A DNA stretch of 64,000 nt, taken from the NCBI GenBank assembly GCA_963843525.1, contig CAWJKM010000004.1, positions 273,079 to 337,078 on the forward strand, written 5' to 3'. This stretch comes from Ignavibacteriota bacterium (lineage in GTDB: Bacteria > Bacteroidota > Ignavibacteria > UBA10030 > UBA6906). Positions 1-9,476 of this stretch are shown in pieces. A model generated the notes under the pieces. It saw only the letters and a list, made by a program, of their open reading frames with translations, was not told the DNA's origin and made no database searches. The translations under genes were made by a program, and so were the position numbers. Position 1 is the first letter of the stretch; each line of letters opens with the position of its first letter.

Positions 1-808
1 TACTCGACGCCGGTGGGCCGGCCCGACTCGTTCACGACAATCTCGCTCACGACGCAGTTCGTGCGAAGTTCACAATTCCCCGTGGCCAGCGCAGTCGGAA
101 TGACGGTATTCTGCGTGCCCGATTTTGCGTTGAGAGGGCAGGCAAAGCCGCAACAGGATCGCCTTCGTACGCATGCCGGCCGGTCGTTGTACGGCACTGA
201 GTTCCGCAGCATCGGGATAGGGAAGGGATGCAACCCCATTTGCCTCATCGTCGATTCCAGCATCGTTGCTTCTTTGTTATAGGCGAACGGCGGCATCGGA
301 TATGGTTTCTTTCTCGGGGCGGCGAACGGATTGCGCGACGCGTCGCCTGCCACGCCGATTTCCCATTCTGCTTTCTCGTAGCAGTGTTCGAGGTCCTCGT
401 AGGAGACCGGCCAATCTTCCAGCGTCGAGCCTTCCACCGGTCCGTACGTGGTTTTCATCCGGAAGTCCTCGGGCATGAACCGCCACGCCATCGCTCCGTA
501 GCTCACGGTGCCTGATCCGACACAGGCAGCGACATTGTTATAGTCGTTTTCGCTCGGCACGACGATTGCAGTCGTCCCGTCGGAATTCACGACGACCCTG
601 CGGTATCGTACGTCGTCGGGTCCGAAGGCGTTTCCGAGTACCGTCGTTCGTTGGGAGAGCAGCTCGTCGGTGTCGTGCGCGTCAAATGAAACCCAGTCTC
701 CGCGTTCAAAGAGGATGACGGACAAACCCTCCTCGCTCAGTTCTCTGGCGACGACACCGCCCCCGGCTCCGGCTCCGACCACAACAGCATTAACGTGACG
801 GTTGCTCA
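1..808 (-). CDS. GMC-family FAD oxidoreductase, large subunit; the 3' end lies beyond the window
   Basis: The reverse-strand ORF runs off the left edge, so it is absent from the ORF track. ATG is at 806-808. The N-terminus MSNRHVNAVVVGAGAGGGVVARELSEEGLSV is a GxGxxG FAD-binding fold. The gene starts 2 nt after the Tat small-subunit gene. Confidence 0.85.
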
Positions 809-810
809 TT

Positions 811-1389
811 TCAAACTCCGTAACGGTTTTGGCCGACGGTCTGCAGATCGTCGAGTCCCATCATTTTGTAACTCACGAAGTTGTTGTTGCCCCCGTGCCG
901 GGGGCTTCCATAGTAGCCCTGAAGCGAATGCGACCGAACCAGTTCGAAGAACCTGGCGGAAAAACTGTTTTTCCAACCGTCGCCTTCTAGATTGTCCGCC
1001 TCCATGTCGCGGAGGAATCCGGTTTGCGTATCCCACGGCAGTTTCTCAAATCGGTCTTGATGTTTCCGCAAGCAGGACTCCTCGATAGCTGCGAGCCCTC
1101 GTCTGTAATCCTGCTGATATCTGCGGTACGGTCCCGCAAGCTGAATATCGATGAAATTCGCGACTCCGGTGTCACGGCCGCCGGGCCATTCGTCAGTGGG
1201 AATAATCTGCTCGACGAGGGCTTCCACCAGGTGATACTCCTCATCGGAGAGGAAATTCCTGGTCGGCTGGGTGGACGGGGAGCAGCCCTCGAGCAGGCTG
1301 AAGTTGCCGGCAGCGAGGGTCAGCGTCCCTGCGCCCAGTGCGGCACGTGCCATGAATTCCCTTCGCGAGATCCTGTTGCGCTCGTCCAT
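811..1389 (-). CDS. Gluconate 2-dehydrogenase subunit-3-like small subunit with a Tat signal
   Basis: ORF 811..1389. It has a twin-arginine leader SRREFMARAALGAGTLTLAAG. It sits immediately upstream of the GMC flavoprotein, the usual pairing for this family. Confidence 0.8.
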   Translation of the reverse strand: MDERNRISRREFMARAALGAGTLTLAAGNFSLLEGCSPSTQPTRNFLSDEEYHLVEALVEQIIPTDEWPGGRDTGVANFIDIQLAGPYRRYQQDYRRGLAAIEESCLRKHQDRFEKLPWDTQTGFLRDMEADNLEGDGWKNSFSARFFELVRSHSLQGYYGSPRHGGNNNFVSYKMMGLDDLQTVGQNRYGV

Positions 1390-1442
1390 GTCTCGTCACC
1401 TGTTTGTCCATTGAGGAAAGTCGGAGGGTCGCCGTTCCGCGC

Positions 1443-2648
1443 TCAGTGCGCGGGACGATCGCCGGTCACTTCAAAGTGTCTCATCGCGAAGGCGATGAAC
1501 TGTTCGGTATCATAATTCGTCAGTCCGTGTTCGCCCTTCCGCATATGATACCCGATGAAATCGCCGACAGGCGTTTCCAACGGCGGCATTTCGTTCACAC
1601 CCAATCCTGCTTCTCCGTACAACTCATACACAGGCTCCGCTGCCTTCGCTGCCAGGAATGTTCCGCGAGGATCACCCCAGAGATCGCCTTCGGCTGTCGA
1701 GAGATACACAGGTCTTGGTGCCATCAAGGCAATGAGCATGTGCCAGTCGACCGATAGATCGTTCACGTGATCGTTGAACCTTTTGAAGTTGCCGTCGAAC
1801 CAATGCGGGAATTGATCGTTGATCTTCCTGACCGTTTCGCCGAAACCCCGGCGAACAATTGTTGCGCCGCCGCATCCGGATTCGCAGGAAAAGACCATGG
1901 CGAATCGACGATCCAGTGCACCGGCCCACATTGCAGCCTTGCCGAACCGCGAAAAACCGAGGAGACACACCTTCCGGGCATCGATTCCCGGGTCGGTCTC
2001 GATATAGTCCATCACTCTCCTTGCCGCCCAAGCCCATGCCGCGATGGTCCCCCATTCATCCTTTGCAGGCTCTTGCCGGTCGGGCGGATCGAAGAATTTC
2101 CTGATCCCCTTTGCGTATGCATTGTCCTTATCGTCCGGTTCGATTTCTCGCGCGTCGTACGTCACGAGACCGAATCCTTTCCTGATCAAAAGCCGGGGGT
2201 CCGGCAGCCAGGTCGATACCAGGAACACCGGAACGGGCGTGGCGGTCTTCGGCAGAATGATGTTGATCTCCAGCTTGGGCCACGCGTTGTCCCCCGAGAA
2301 GTAGAGCGTAACCTTCTTTTCGACAGCAGATCCATCCATCGCGAAAGTATCTACCTCCGTTGTTTCCCAGTGCATTTCTCCCGGACGGTCCACCGCTGCT
2401 TTCCCGTAGACATCGTTCTCAAACATCCTCAGAATCTCCGGCCTGCGCAATTGATTCCATGCGGATGTATCCGTCACCCTCTTGCCATTCAGCGTGACGA
2501 GCGGATCAGGGAGCTTGTACTGCGGTACCCTCGACTCATCGTAGAGGCCGGCTGGATTGCCAGGGGGAAGCGGTTGATTCTGAGCGAGCATGATGGGAAA
2601 GGGGATGGTAGAAATGACGAGAGCGACGACGGAGAAGAGTCCCTTCAT
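1443..2648 (-). CDS. Carbohydrate esterase family 15 (glucuronoyl esterase)-like protein, secreted
   Basis: ORF 1443..2777 trimmed to Met44 (MKGLFSVVALVISTIPFPIMLAQ signal peptide). It has the nucleophile elbow LGFSRFGK (G-x-S-R-x-G as in CE15) and is about 400 aa long. Confidence 0.8.
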   Translation of the reverse strand: MKGLFSVVALVISTIPFPIMLAQNQPLPPGNPAGLYDESRVPQYKLPDPLVTLNGKRVTDTSAWNQLRRPEILRMFENDVYGKAAVDRPGEMHWETTEVDTFAMDGSAVEKKVTLYFSGDNAWPKLEINIILPKTATPVPVFLVSTWLPDPRLLIRKGFGLVTYDAREIEPDDKDNAYAKGIRKFFDPPDRQEPAKDEWGTIAAWAWAARRVMDYIETDPGIDARKVCLLGFSRFGKAAMWAGALDRRFAMVFSCESGCGGATIVRRGFGETVRKINDQFPHWFDGNFKRFNDHVNDLSVDWHMLIALMAPRPVYLSTAEGDLWGDPRGTFLAAKAAEPVYELYGEAGLGVNEMPPLETPVGDFIGYHMRKGEHGLTNYDTEQFIAFAMRHFEVTGDRPAH

Positions 2649-2967
2649 TTTCACAGCCTCATGGTGAATTTCAGGAACGCATTCCTCCGCAGGAGCAGTG
2701 CAGAAAATGCTAAGATGAGTTACGGCTCGATGGAAAGATGGTCCGGCACAATACCCTTGCCGGCCGTGAGCCCTCACTGGATGTGCGTTTCAGGCGATTC
2801 TTTCCGTGAAGTCTTAATAAGATGATGCGGAATATTTTCAAAATCAACTCATTACGGTGCGGTTTGAAGCGAACAAGAATCTTTTCCGGTGAAGCTGTGG
2901 TTTAACTCCTTTCGTCAAAGGGGGAGAAGGCGTTTGGAATCCCTCCTTCGAGATCTTTGAGAGTCAT

Positions 2968-3465
2968 GTGTTGTTTGCAGGAAAGGATCCCGTGGCTACC
3001 GACAGTATTGGCGCCTTCCTCATGGGACTCGATTGCGAAGCTCCAACCCTGCCGTTGCCGGACGGAGGGACGTGCGATAACTATCTCCACCTGCTTCATC
3101 AGAATGGCATGGGGACAAACCAACTGAACGAAATCGAAGTCCTCGGAGACGGAGCAGGATTGATCACGTCCGTCCCGCCCGACCGCGCCATACGGCAGCC
3201 CGGCGGTTTTCAATTGTCACCGAATTTTCCGAACCCGTTCAATCCATCGACAAGAATCATCTTCTTTGTGCCGACGGCGGAAACGGTGAGCGTGAAGGTG
3301 TATTCCATTACGGGGCAGGAAATTGAAACCCTTGTGGAGGGTGCTGTTCCTGCCGGGAAGCATGACTTGAATTGGGACGCCACAGGCCTAGCAAGCGGCG
3401 TATATCTCTGTCGAATGCAGGCGGGCGAATTTTCCGAAACAATAAGAATGGTGTATCAGAAGTAG
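2968..3465 (+). pseudogene. 5'-truncated remnant: DUF362-type C-terminus fused to an intact T9SS C-terminal sorting domain
   Basis: The ORF begins at GTG, and the frame is open only from 2893. FAGKDPVATDSIGAFLMGLD...NYLHLLHQNGMGTNQLNEIEVLG matches only the last ~70 aa of DUF362 proteins. It is followed by the Por-type CTD FPNPFNPSTRIIFFVP...ASGVYLCRMQAGEF. There is no room for the missing ~250 aa before the CE15 gene on the other strand. Confidence 0.5.
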
Positions 3466-3550
3466 GTGCGCCTGCGTCATTTTGCAGCTTCCTCTGGATC
3501 CTTCCAACCCTGGCGTCGACATCCCGAGGTAACAGAACGGGACGTCAGCC

Positions 3551-5398
3551 TTATTTCACCGTCTCTCCCGTCTCATCATACAGAAGTCGTAGCCCCCAAT
3601 CAGAGGAATCCGGCAGATCGGGTAGTTCGATGATGCCGATCTTGTTTGCCATAACCTTGCCATTCCCGGCATCCTGCCAGATCCCGGTACGGGGATTGAA
3701 CCATTGTGCGTTGTACACACTATTGAGCCGCGCGCCGCGAATCTGAGATTTCGGACAGCCCCTTTCGAAGTACGCAAGGAAGATTTTCTTGTCGTCGGTG
3801 CGGGCACAGTAAGCCCAGCCTTCGTAGCCGAGGGTGATCTGTGTTTTGTCGGGCGATACCAAATCAGCGATTGGCACAAGATCCTGATACCGCGGGCCGA
3901 TGGAGAACGCGAACGTCCGAAGGTATTGCATCTGGGCTCCGGATCGCCATTGAAAAGCCTCCCACATATGCACTGGTGCTGTGGGCTCAATGTCAGCCCC
4001 CCAGATGCCTTCTGCGCCGTAAACGTGGCCGGCAAGTCCACCGGAGAGAAAGCTGCCATAAATCCCGGAGCGGACAAATGCATCGTCGAGCTCAGTACCC
4101 CCCTTCGCACCCCGTGTATAGTTCGCCGCCCCCGGGCCGCGGGCGTCCCGGTATCCCGCATAGTACGGCTCGCCATTGAGTGCCGGCTTAGGGTCTTTGA
4201 GATTGAAGATCTCCGTCAGGTACCAGTAGTTGTTATGTTCGCGCATATTGCCGATCTGGTGGAGGGTGACCCATGAACTGTCTCCCCAGTTTTCGAGTGT
4301 CGACGGATTCGCGTTGGCGGAGAGCAACGTGCCGAACGGGGGAGGGCCGAATTTCTTTTCGACGAAGTGGATCGCGGCCGTGTAGTCGCCGGGGCTTACC
4401 GTCTCGTCGATAATATCGAGGTGGATCGGGCTGAGGACGGTATTATTGGCCTGGTAGCGGGAAAAGATATACTGGATGAACCTCGCGTATGAATCGGGCC
4501 AGCCGTAGTATTTGTACCAGCAGAGACCCGCGTCGCGCCGCGAAACCTCGATCATGGGGATGAAACCGTTCGCGTTGAGGTAGTCGATCTTCCTGTCGAG
4601 ATACTTGAAATATTCCGGATTGACCCGGTCCATGTCGGGGAATACATTTTCGTATCCGGGGACCTTGCCCGGGAAGAAGAATGGCCGTCCGCCTTCGTTA
4701 TCCATGTTCTTGGCACTGCCCGTGCCGAATTCGACCCAGGCAGAGCGGACGGTCGTATGCGCCGAATCGTCCATGATGAGGTGCCAGGGCTTCCCGTCGG
4801 TCATCCAGTTGGGGAAAGCGGCGATAACATTGAGCCAGTTATACCCTTGAGCTTTTCGATAGCGAACGTAGTCCTTGAATCCCGCTGTCGGCCCTATCGG
4901 GCGCGCTATGGTGTCGTCGTACCATCGAAAGCGGTTGCTGCCGAGGGAATACCACGTATCGCCGATGGCGAGAAACGGCGTGCCGTCGTCGTACTCCAGT
5001 GCATGGTTGTTTGCCGTTGAACGAAGGAATCCACGCCGCAATGGATTCTCGTTTTTCTCCGCTTCGGTCCACGCCACGGCGGCGAATGAACCGGTCTTCC
5101 CTGTCAATCCCCTGTCATCCGGATTCGACCCGCTTTTCCAGGACCAGGTACCGGGCTGAGTCGCAACAATGCGGACATGAAACGTTTGACCGCCGTCCCA
5201 GAATCCGTAGACACGCTTGCTAAATCCGGGCCCGGTGAGATCCACCCAGATAATGACATCCGTGTACGGGTTCTTGTAGGAATTGGCGGCGGTGAAGGTG
5301 AGTTCCTGTTTCTCCCATACGTGGATGGGATTCGCGCCGGCCAATACTTGAGAAATCGGAAGCAGGAAGACGAACAGCAATCGTTTCAGGGAATACAT
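3551..5398 (-). CDS. DUF5060 + DUF4038 (glycoside hydrolase family 140-like) protein, secreted
   Basis: ORF 3551..5506 trimmed to Met37 (MYSLKRLLFVFLLPISQVLA signal). The N-terminal Ig-like block is VWEKQELTFTA...YGFWDGGQTFHVRIVATQPGTWSW, followed by DGTPFLAIGDTWY typical of DUF4038. Confidence 0.8.
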   Translation of the reverse strand: MYSLKRLLFVFLLPISQVLAGANPIHVWEKQELTFTAANSYKNPYTDVIIWVDLTGPGFSKRVYGFWDGGQTFHVRIVATQPGTWSWKSGSNPDDRGLTGKTGSFAAVAWTEAEKNENPLRRGFLRSTANNHALEYDDGTPFLAIGDTWYSLGSNRFRWYDDTIARPIGPTAGFKDYVRYRKAQGYNWLNVIAAFPNWMTDGKPWHLIMDDSAHTTVRSAWVEFGTGSAKNMDNEGGRPFFFPGKVPGYENVFPDMDRVNPEYFKYLDRKIDYLNANGFIPMIEVSRRDAGLCWYKYYGWPDSYARFIQYIFSRYQANNTVLSPIHLDIIDETVSPGDYTAAIHFVEKKFGPPPFGTLLSANANPSTLENWGDSSWVTLHQIGNMREHNNYWYLTEIFNLKDPKPALNGEPYYAGYRDARGPGAANYTRGAKGGTELDDAFVRSGIYGSFLSGGLAGHVYGAEGIWGADIEPTAPVHMWEAFQWRSGAQMQYLRTFAFSIGPRYQDLVPIADLVSPDKTQITLGYEGWAYCARTDDKKIFLAYFERGCPKSQIRGARLNSVYNAQWFNPRTGIWQDAGNGKVMANKIGIIELPDLPDSSDWGLRLLYDETGETVK

Positions 5399-6016
5399 TT
5401 CGCATTCTCCTCTAGAAGATGCTCTATACTTGTTCTCTCCGTCTCGATGCGTGCAATGGCATCGAGGAAAAGGGGCGTGATGAAACGCGCAGCCTGGACG
5501 AGACACGAAGACGTTGTGTCTTGTTGGGAGTCATAGCGGGAGCTCGTGACCGGCTGTCAGCTGACGGTTCTGATTCCTGATCTCTCAATATAAGAGATCA
5601 ATGTGACGATTCCACAGGAGGGAAAACTATTTCATAGCAGCAGTCCAATTTTCTTCTTCGATGCATGTGCTACTCCGGACAGTTCCACGAGTGGGCTCCG
5701 GAGCCGGAAGAGATTCCAGCGTCGCCATTTCCGCGAACTCAAAGTAGCCGGCGGACCAAAGGGTTGTGGAGTAGGCACTATGTGAAGAGCTGAGCGCAAG
5801 CCGGTGTGCAGGAAAGCGTGGGGGAAGGACGGCGCTTGCGAAATCGCTCATAGGTTGAAACTGTTGCGAGAACTTCGTATTTTCATGCTGTATCGTCGGT
5901 ACAGGAAGGCGAACCGGCCTGTGCAACGGCTGGGACGGAGAAATAGCCTCGAACCGCGCCGGCCTATCCTCCCATGTCCCTCCTTGCTTTCTCCATTATC
6001 ATCGGAAATTCCCCGC

Positions 6017-7453
6017 ATGCCTGAAGAACGAATCGTAGAACCGCGACTCCTTCGCGGCTTCCGTGATTACCTCCCCGGACAGATGAATGCGCGACAGCGC
6101 ATCATCGCCACCATCCGGTCCGTCTACGAACGATACGGCTTTCAACCGCTCGATACCCCCGCCCTTGAGTTCCGCGAAACGCTCATGGGCTACGGCGAAG
6201 AGAATACCAAGCAGATTTTCGAATTTCAGAACCCGGAAGAAGAAGAAGTCGCCCTGCGGTTCGACCTGACTGTCCCGCTTGCGCGGGTCGTTGCGCAGTA
6301 CACAGATCTCCCGCTCCCATTCCGCCGCTATCAGGTAGGACCTGTCTGGCGCGCCGATAAACCCGACCCGGGTCGATACCGCGAGTTCACACAGTTCGAT
6401 ATCGATGCGGTGGGAGTGACATCGCTTGCGGCCGATGTCGAAATTCTCACCGCCATGCACGATACATTTGTCGCTCTCGGTGTCGACCGGTTCAGAATCC
6501 GGTTCTCCGATCGTAAGGTCCTGAACAGCCTGCTCGACTTTGCCGGAATCGGCCGGGGAATGGCCCATGGCGTCTTTCGAGTGCTCGACAAGCTCGAGAA
6601 GATTGGGATGGAAGGAGTGACCGCAGAGCTGACAGCGGGCCGACGCGATGCCTCCGGCGACAAGATTCCGGGACTCGGCCTTGATTCGAAGCAGGTGGAT
6701 CGAATCAGTCAATTCGTCGCGCTCCCGAAAGGGACGCGGAAGGAGGTCCTCGCAGGACTGGCAGGCCTCTTCGGGAATGTTGCTTCTGCAGAAGAGGCGG
6801 TCGGCGAGCTGACCTTCCTGAATACAACGCTCGACACCCTCCAGATCTCCGATCAGCGGGTTGCTCTGGATCTCAGCATCGCCCGGGGACTCGATTATTA
6901 TACCGGCCCCGTCTTCGAAGCCATTCTGCCCGATGCACCCGAGTTCGGATCGGTGTTTGGCGGTGGACGGTACGATGGGCTTGTGGAACGCTTCCTGGGA
7001 AGAAAAATCCCCGCAGTCGGCGGTTCGATCGGTGTCGATCGATTACTCGCGGCATTGGTCAAACTCGGCAGGCTGGCCGAGGACCCGGCCACGGCGAAGG
7101 TCCTGGTGACGGTGATGGACCGCGACCGGATGCCTGAATACCTTGCGATTGCCCGGGAGATCCGCGCCGCCGGGATCAACGCCGAAGTGTACGTCGGTGA
7201 GGACAAATCGCTCAGGAAACAGCTCCAGTACGCTGATCGCCTGAGAATCCCGGTCGGCATCATCGTGGGCGGAGATGAATTTTCCCAGGGCACCGTGACA
7301 ATCAAAAACCTCAGGCTCGGTGGGCAACTCCAGGAAAAGAAAAGTGCTGTCGCCGGGGTCGAAAGGGAGGAATGGCTGCAGCGCTCGCGGAGTGTTCAAC
7401 AGACCTTCCCGCGTGGAAGGATGATGGAGGAGATCAAGGCCATGTTAGCCTGA
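6017..7453 (+). CDS. hisS: Histidine--tRNA ligase
   Basis: ORF 5804..7453 trimmed to Met72. Class II aaRS/HisRS motifs are LRGFRDYLP, ALRFDLTVPLAR, YQVGPVWRADKP, REFTQFDID and GGGRYDGL, plus a C-terminal anticodon-binding domain. Confidence 0.9.
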   Translation: MPEERIVEPRLLRGFRDYLPGQMNARQRIIATIRSVYERYGFQPLDTPALEFRETLMGYGEENTKQIFEFQNPEEEEVALRFDLTVPLARVVAQYTDLPLPFRRYQVGPVWRADKPDPGRYREFTQFDIDAVGVTSLAADVEILTAMHDTFVALGVDRFRIRFSDRKVLNSLLDFAGIGRGMAHGVFRVLDKLEKIGMEGVTAELTAGRRDASGDKIPGLGLDSKQVDRISQFVALPKGTRKEVLAGLAGLFGNVASAEEAVGELTFLNTTLDTLQISDQRVALDLSIARGLDYYTGPVFEAILPDAPEFGSVFGGGRYDGLVERFLGRKIPAVGGSIGVDRLLAALVKLGRLAEDPATAKVLVTVMDRDRMPEYLAIAREIRAAGINAEVYVGEDKSLRKQLQYADRLRIPVGIIVGGDEFSQGTVTIKNLRLGGQLQEKKSAVAGVEREEWLQRSRSVQQTFPRGRMMEEIKAMLA

Positions 7454-7531
7454 AAAACGAGGGATTGCCATCGCCTACGAGAAGCGGAGAAGTCCCTTGT
7501 TTCGTTTTTCTGCCCATGGAAAGGAAAGTGC

Positions 7532-9055
7532 ATGCCTATAACGATTGACGGTTCCTCTCTCACCCTTGAAAAGCTTGAAGCAGTGGCGCGCCACGGGGAA
7601 CAGGTCTCGATTCACCCGACGGCATTGCAGCGCATCCGCGCATGCCGCCAAATGCTTGAGGAAAAGATCCAGGCCCACGAGATCATGTACGGGACGAATA
7701 CGGGGATCGGTGAGTTTTCGGAAGTTGTGCTGACCGATGAACAGGTGAAGGACTTCCAGCGGTATCTCATTTATAACCATGCCGCGGGCATCGGGGAGCC
7801 GTTCCCGGTGGAGGTTGTCCGGGCGGCGATCGTCGGGAGGCTCAACGTCCACGCCCACGGGAATTCCGGTTGCAGGCCGGAGATCACACTGACTCTCGCG
7901 GAAATGCTGAACAGGGGAGTGACCCCCGTCGTCTGTCGGAAAGGATCTGTCGGTGCCAGTGGCGACCTCGCCCCGATGGCGCAGATCGCGCTGCTCCTTA
8001 TGGGCGAAGGGGAGGCCTTCTTCCAGGGAACCCGGATGCCGGGCCGTACGGCGATGGAAAAAGCAGGGATCCCCATCCCCGGTTTGATGGCACGCGACGG
8101 TCTTGCGACGATCAACGGGTCAAATGTACTTACCGCAATGAGCGGGCTTCAACTCCTCGAGGTCGATCGATGGCTCCGTCAGGCGGAGATCGCTGCGTCG
8201 ATGTCTCTGGAGGCGCTTGTCGCAAACCTTAAGCCGTACGACATCCGTATTCATCAACTCCGCGGCTTCCCGGGCGCGATGCGGAGCGCCCGCGCGATCA
8301 TGAAATGCATCGATGGAAGCGATCTGCAAACCGGGAAGATAAAAACGAAGGTTCAGGATGCCTATTCGATGCGGTCGACACCGCAGGTCATCGGCGCGGC
8401 GCATGATGCGATTTCCTACGCGCGCAAGCAGGTTGAGACCGAACTCAACGGTGTCGGTGACAATCCGATTTTCCTCCCGGAGGAGCGGCTCACGCTGACA
8501 GGAGCAAACTTCCAGGGTACCCCGGTTGCGCTTCCCATGGACATGGTCGGAGCGGCGGTGACCATGGTGTGCGTGCTCTCGGAACGCAGGCTGAACCGGC
8601 TTACCAATCCGGCGCTGAGCGTCGGACTGCCCGCATTCCTCACGAAAGGAGCCGGGCTCTTCTCCGGGTTGATGCTCAGCCAGTATACAGCGGACATGCT
8701 CATTGTTGAACAGCGCATCCTTTCCGCGCCGGCGTCGATCCAATCGATTCCGGCTGCCGCGGACCAGGAAGATTTCGTCTCCATGGGAATGAATACCGCA
8801 TTGAAAAACGACCAGATCATCGACAACGCAGCGGGGGTTCTCGGTATCGAATTCATGGCGGCCGCGCAGGCCCTGGATTTCCGCTCCTTCCAGCAGGGGA
8901 AAGGTGTTACGGCGGCAAGGGCTGTCATCAGAAAATATGTCGCGCATCTTGAAGAGGACCGGCCCCTGTACACGGATCACAATGCTATGAAGGAACTTGT
9001 GCGACGGGGGGAAATTCTCGAAGTTGTGGAAGCCACCGTCGGTTCACTGAAATAG
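7532..9055 (+). CDS. MIO-dependent ammonia-lyase of the HAL/PAL family (probably histidine ammonia-lyase)
   Basis: ORF 7532..9055. It has the Ala-Ser-Gly MIO triad in GSVGASGDLAPM, and also YGTNTGIG, VQDAYSMRSTPQVIGA and ADQEDFVSM. At 507 aa it is HAL-sized. Confidence 0.85.
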   Translation: MPITIDGSSLTLEKLEAVARHGEQVSIHPTALQRIRACRQMLEEKIQAHEIMYGTNTGIGEFSEVVLTDEQVKDFQRYLIYNHAAGIGEPFPVEVVRAAIVGRLNVHAHGNSGCRPEITLTLAEMLNRGVTPVVCRKGSVGASGDLAPMAQIALLLMGEGEAFFQGTRMPGRTAMEKAGIPIPGLMARDGLATINGSNVLTAMSGLQLLEVDRWLRQAEIAASMSLEALVANLKPYDIRIHQLRGFPGAMRSARAIMKCIDGSDLQTGKIKTKVQDAYSMRSTPQVIGAAHDAISYARKQVETELNGVGDNPIFLPEERLTLTGANFQGTPVALPMDMVGAAVTMVCVLSERRLNRLTNPALSVGLPAFLTKGAGLFSGLMLSQYTADMLIVEQRILSAPASIQSIPAAADQEDFVSMGMNTALKNDQIIDNAAGVLGIEFMAAAQALDFRSFQQGKGVTAARAVIRKYVAHLEEDRPLYTDHNAMKELVRRGEILEVVEATVGSLK

Positions 9056-9071
9056 GATCACTCAATTTCCT

Positions 9072-9413
9072 ATGAGCATCTTTTCGTCGGGAAAAGACAA
9101 AATGCTGGCGCTCTTTCTCCGCCAGCGTTTGAATGAGGTTCTCCAGGAGGTGGGGTCGGTGGAGACTCTTCTGATCGACACCACGGAACACACGATTCAG
9201 GTAATCCTCCAGCTGGAAGGCGAAAGCGATTCTCTCAGGTGCGACGTCAAGAGCTACAAGATTCTGGCGGAGGGCGAAAAACGATATCTTCTTCTCGGCG
9301 AGACGACGGCGTCGAAACAGTGGATCGAGATCCTTGTGAGAAAGTTCCTTGTGGGCAAGCGAATCAATCTTCCGGCGGAATACGGCGAGCTGGTGGAACG
9401 GTTGCTGGGTTGA
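9072..9413 (+). CDS. Hypothetical protein (113 aa)
   Basis: ORF 9072..9413 has an ATG start, lies 16 nt after the lyase gene and is co-directional with it. The composition is protein-like. No family recognised. Confidence 0.55.
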   Translation: MSIFSSGKDKMLALFLRQRLNEVLQEVGSVETLLIDTTEHTIQVILQLEGESDSLRCDVKSYKILAEGEKRYLLLGETTASKQWIEILVRKFLVGKRINLPAEYGELVERLLG

Positions 9414-9476
9414 GTCCCGGGGGGCGGAATTCTCGCCGGGAACCTGGTGTTGGAGAAGGGAAGAAGGAGAATTGCC

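Noticed and set aside
3223-3245. A 23-nt identical stretch AATTTTCCGAACCCGTTCAATCC at 3223-3245 and 39200-39222.
   Set aside because: The shared T9SS C-terminal-domain motif NFPNPFNP explains it, because the two genes use identical codons. It is not a mobile element or a repeat element.
5583-5597. An exact 15-nt repeat TCTCAATATAAGAGA at 5583-5597 and 29286-29300.
   Set aside because: With roughly 2e9 position pairs in the window against 4^15 (about 1e9) possible 15-mers, a few exact 15-mers are expected by chance. Both copies are simply AT-rich promoter-like boxes.
5399-6016. T-box leader upstream of hisS.
   Set aside because: There is no T-box consensus (GGGTGGTACCGCG-like) and no specifier-loop or antiterminator arrangement. 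T-boxes are also not expected in this lineage.
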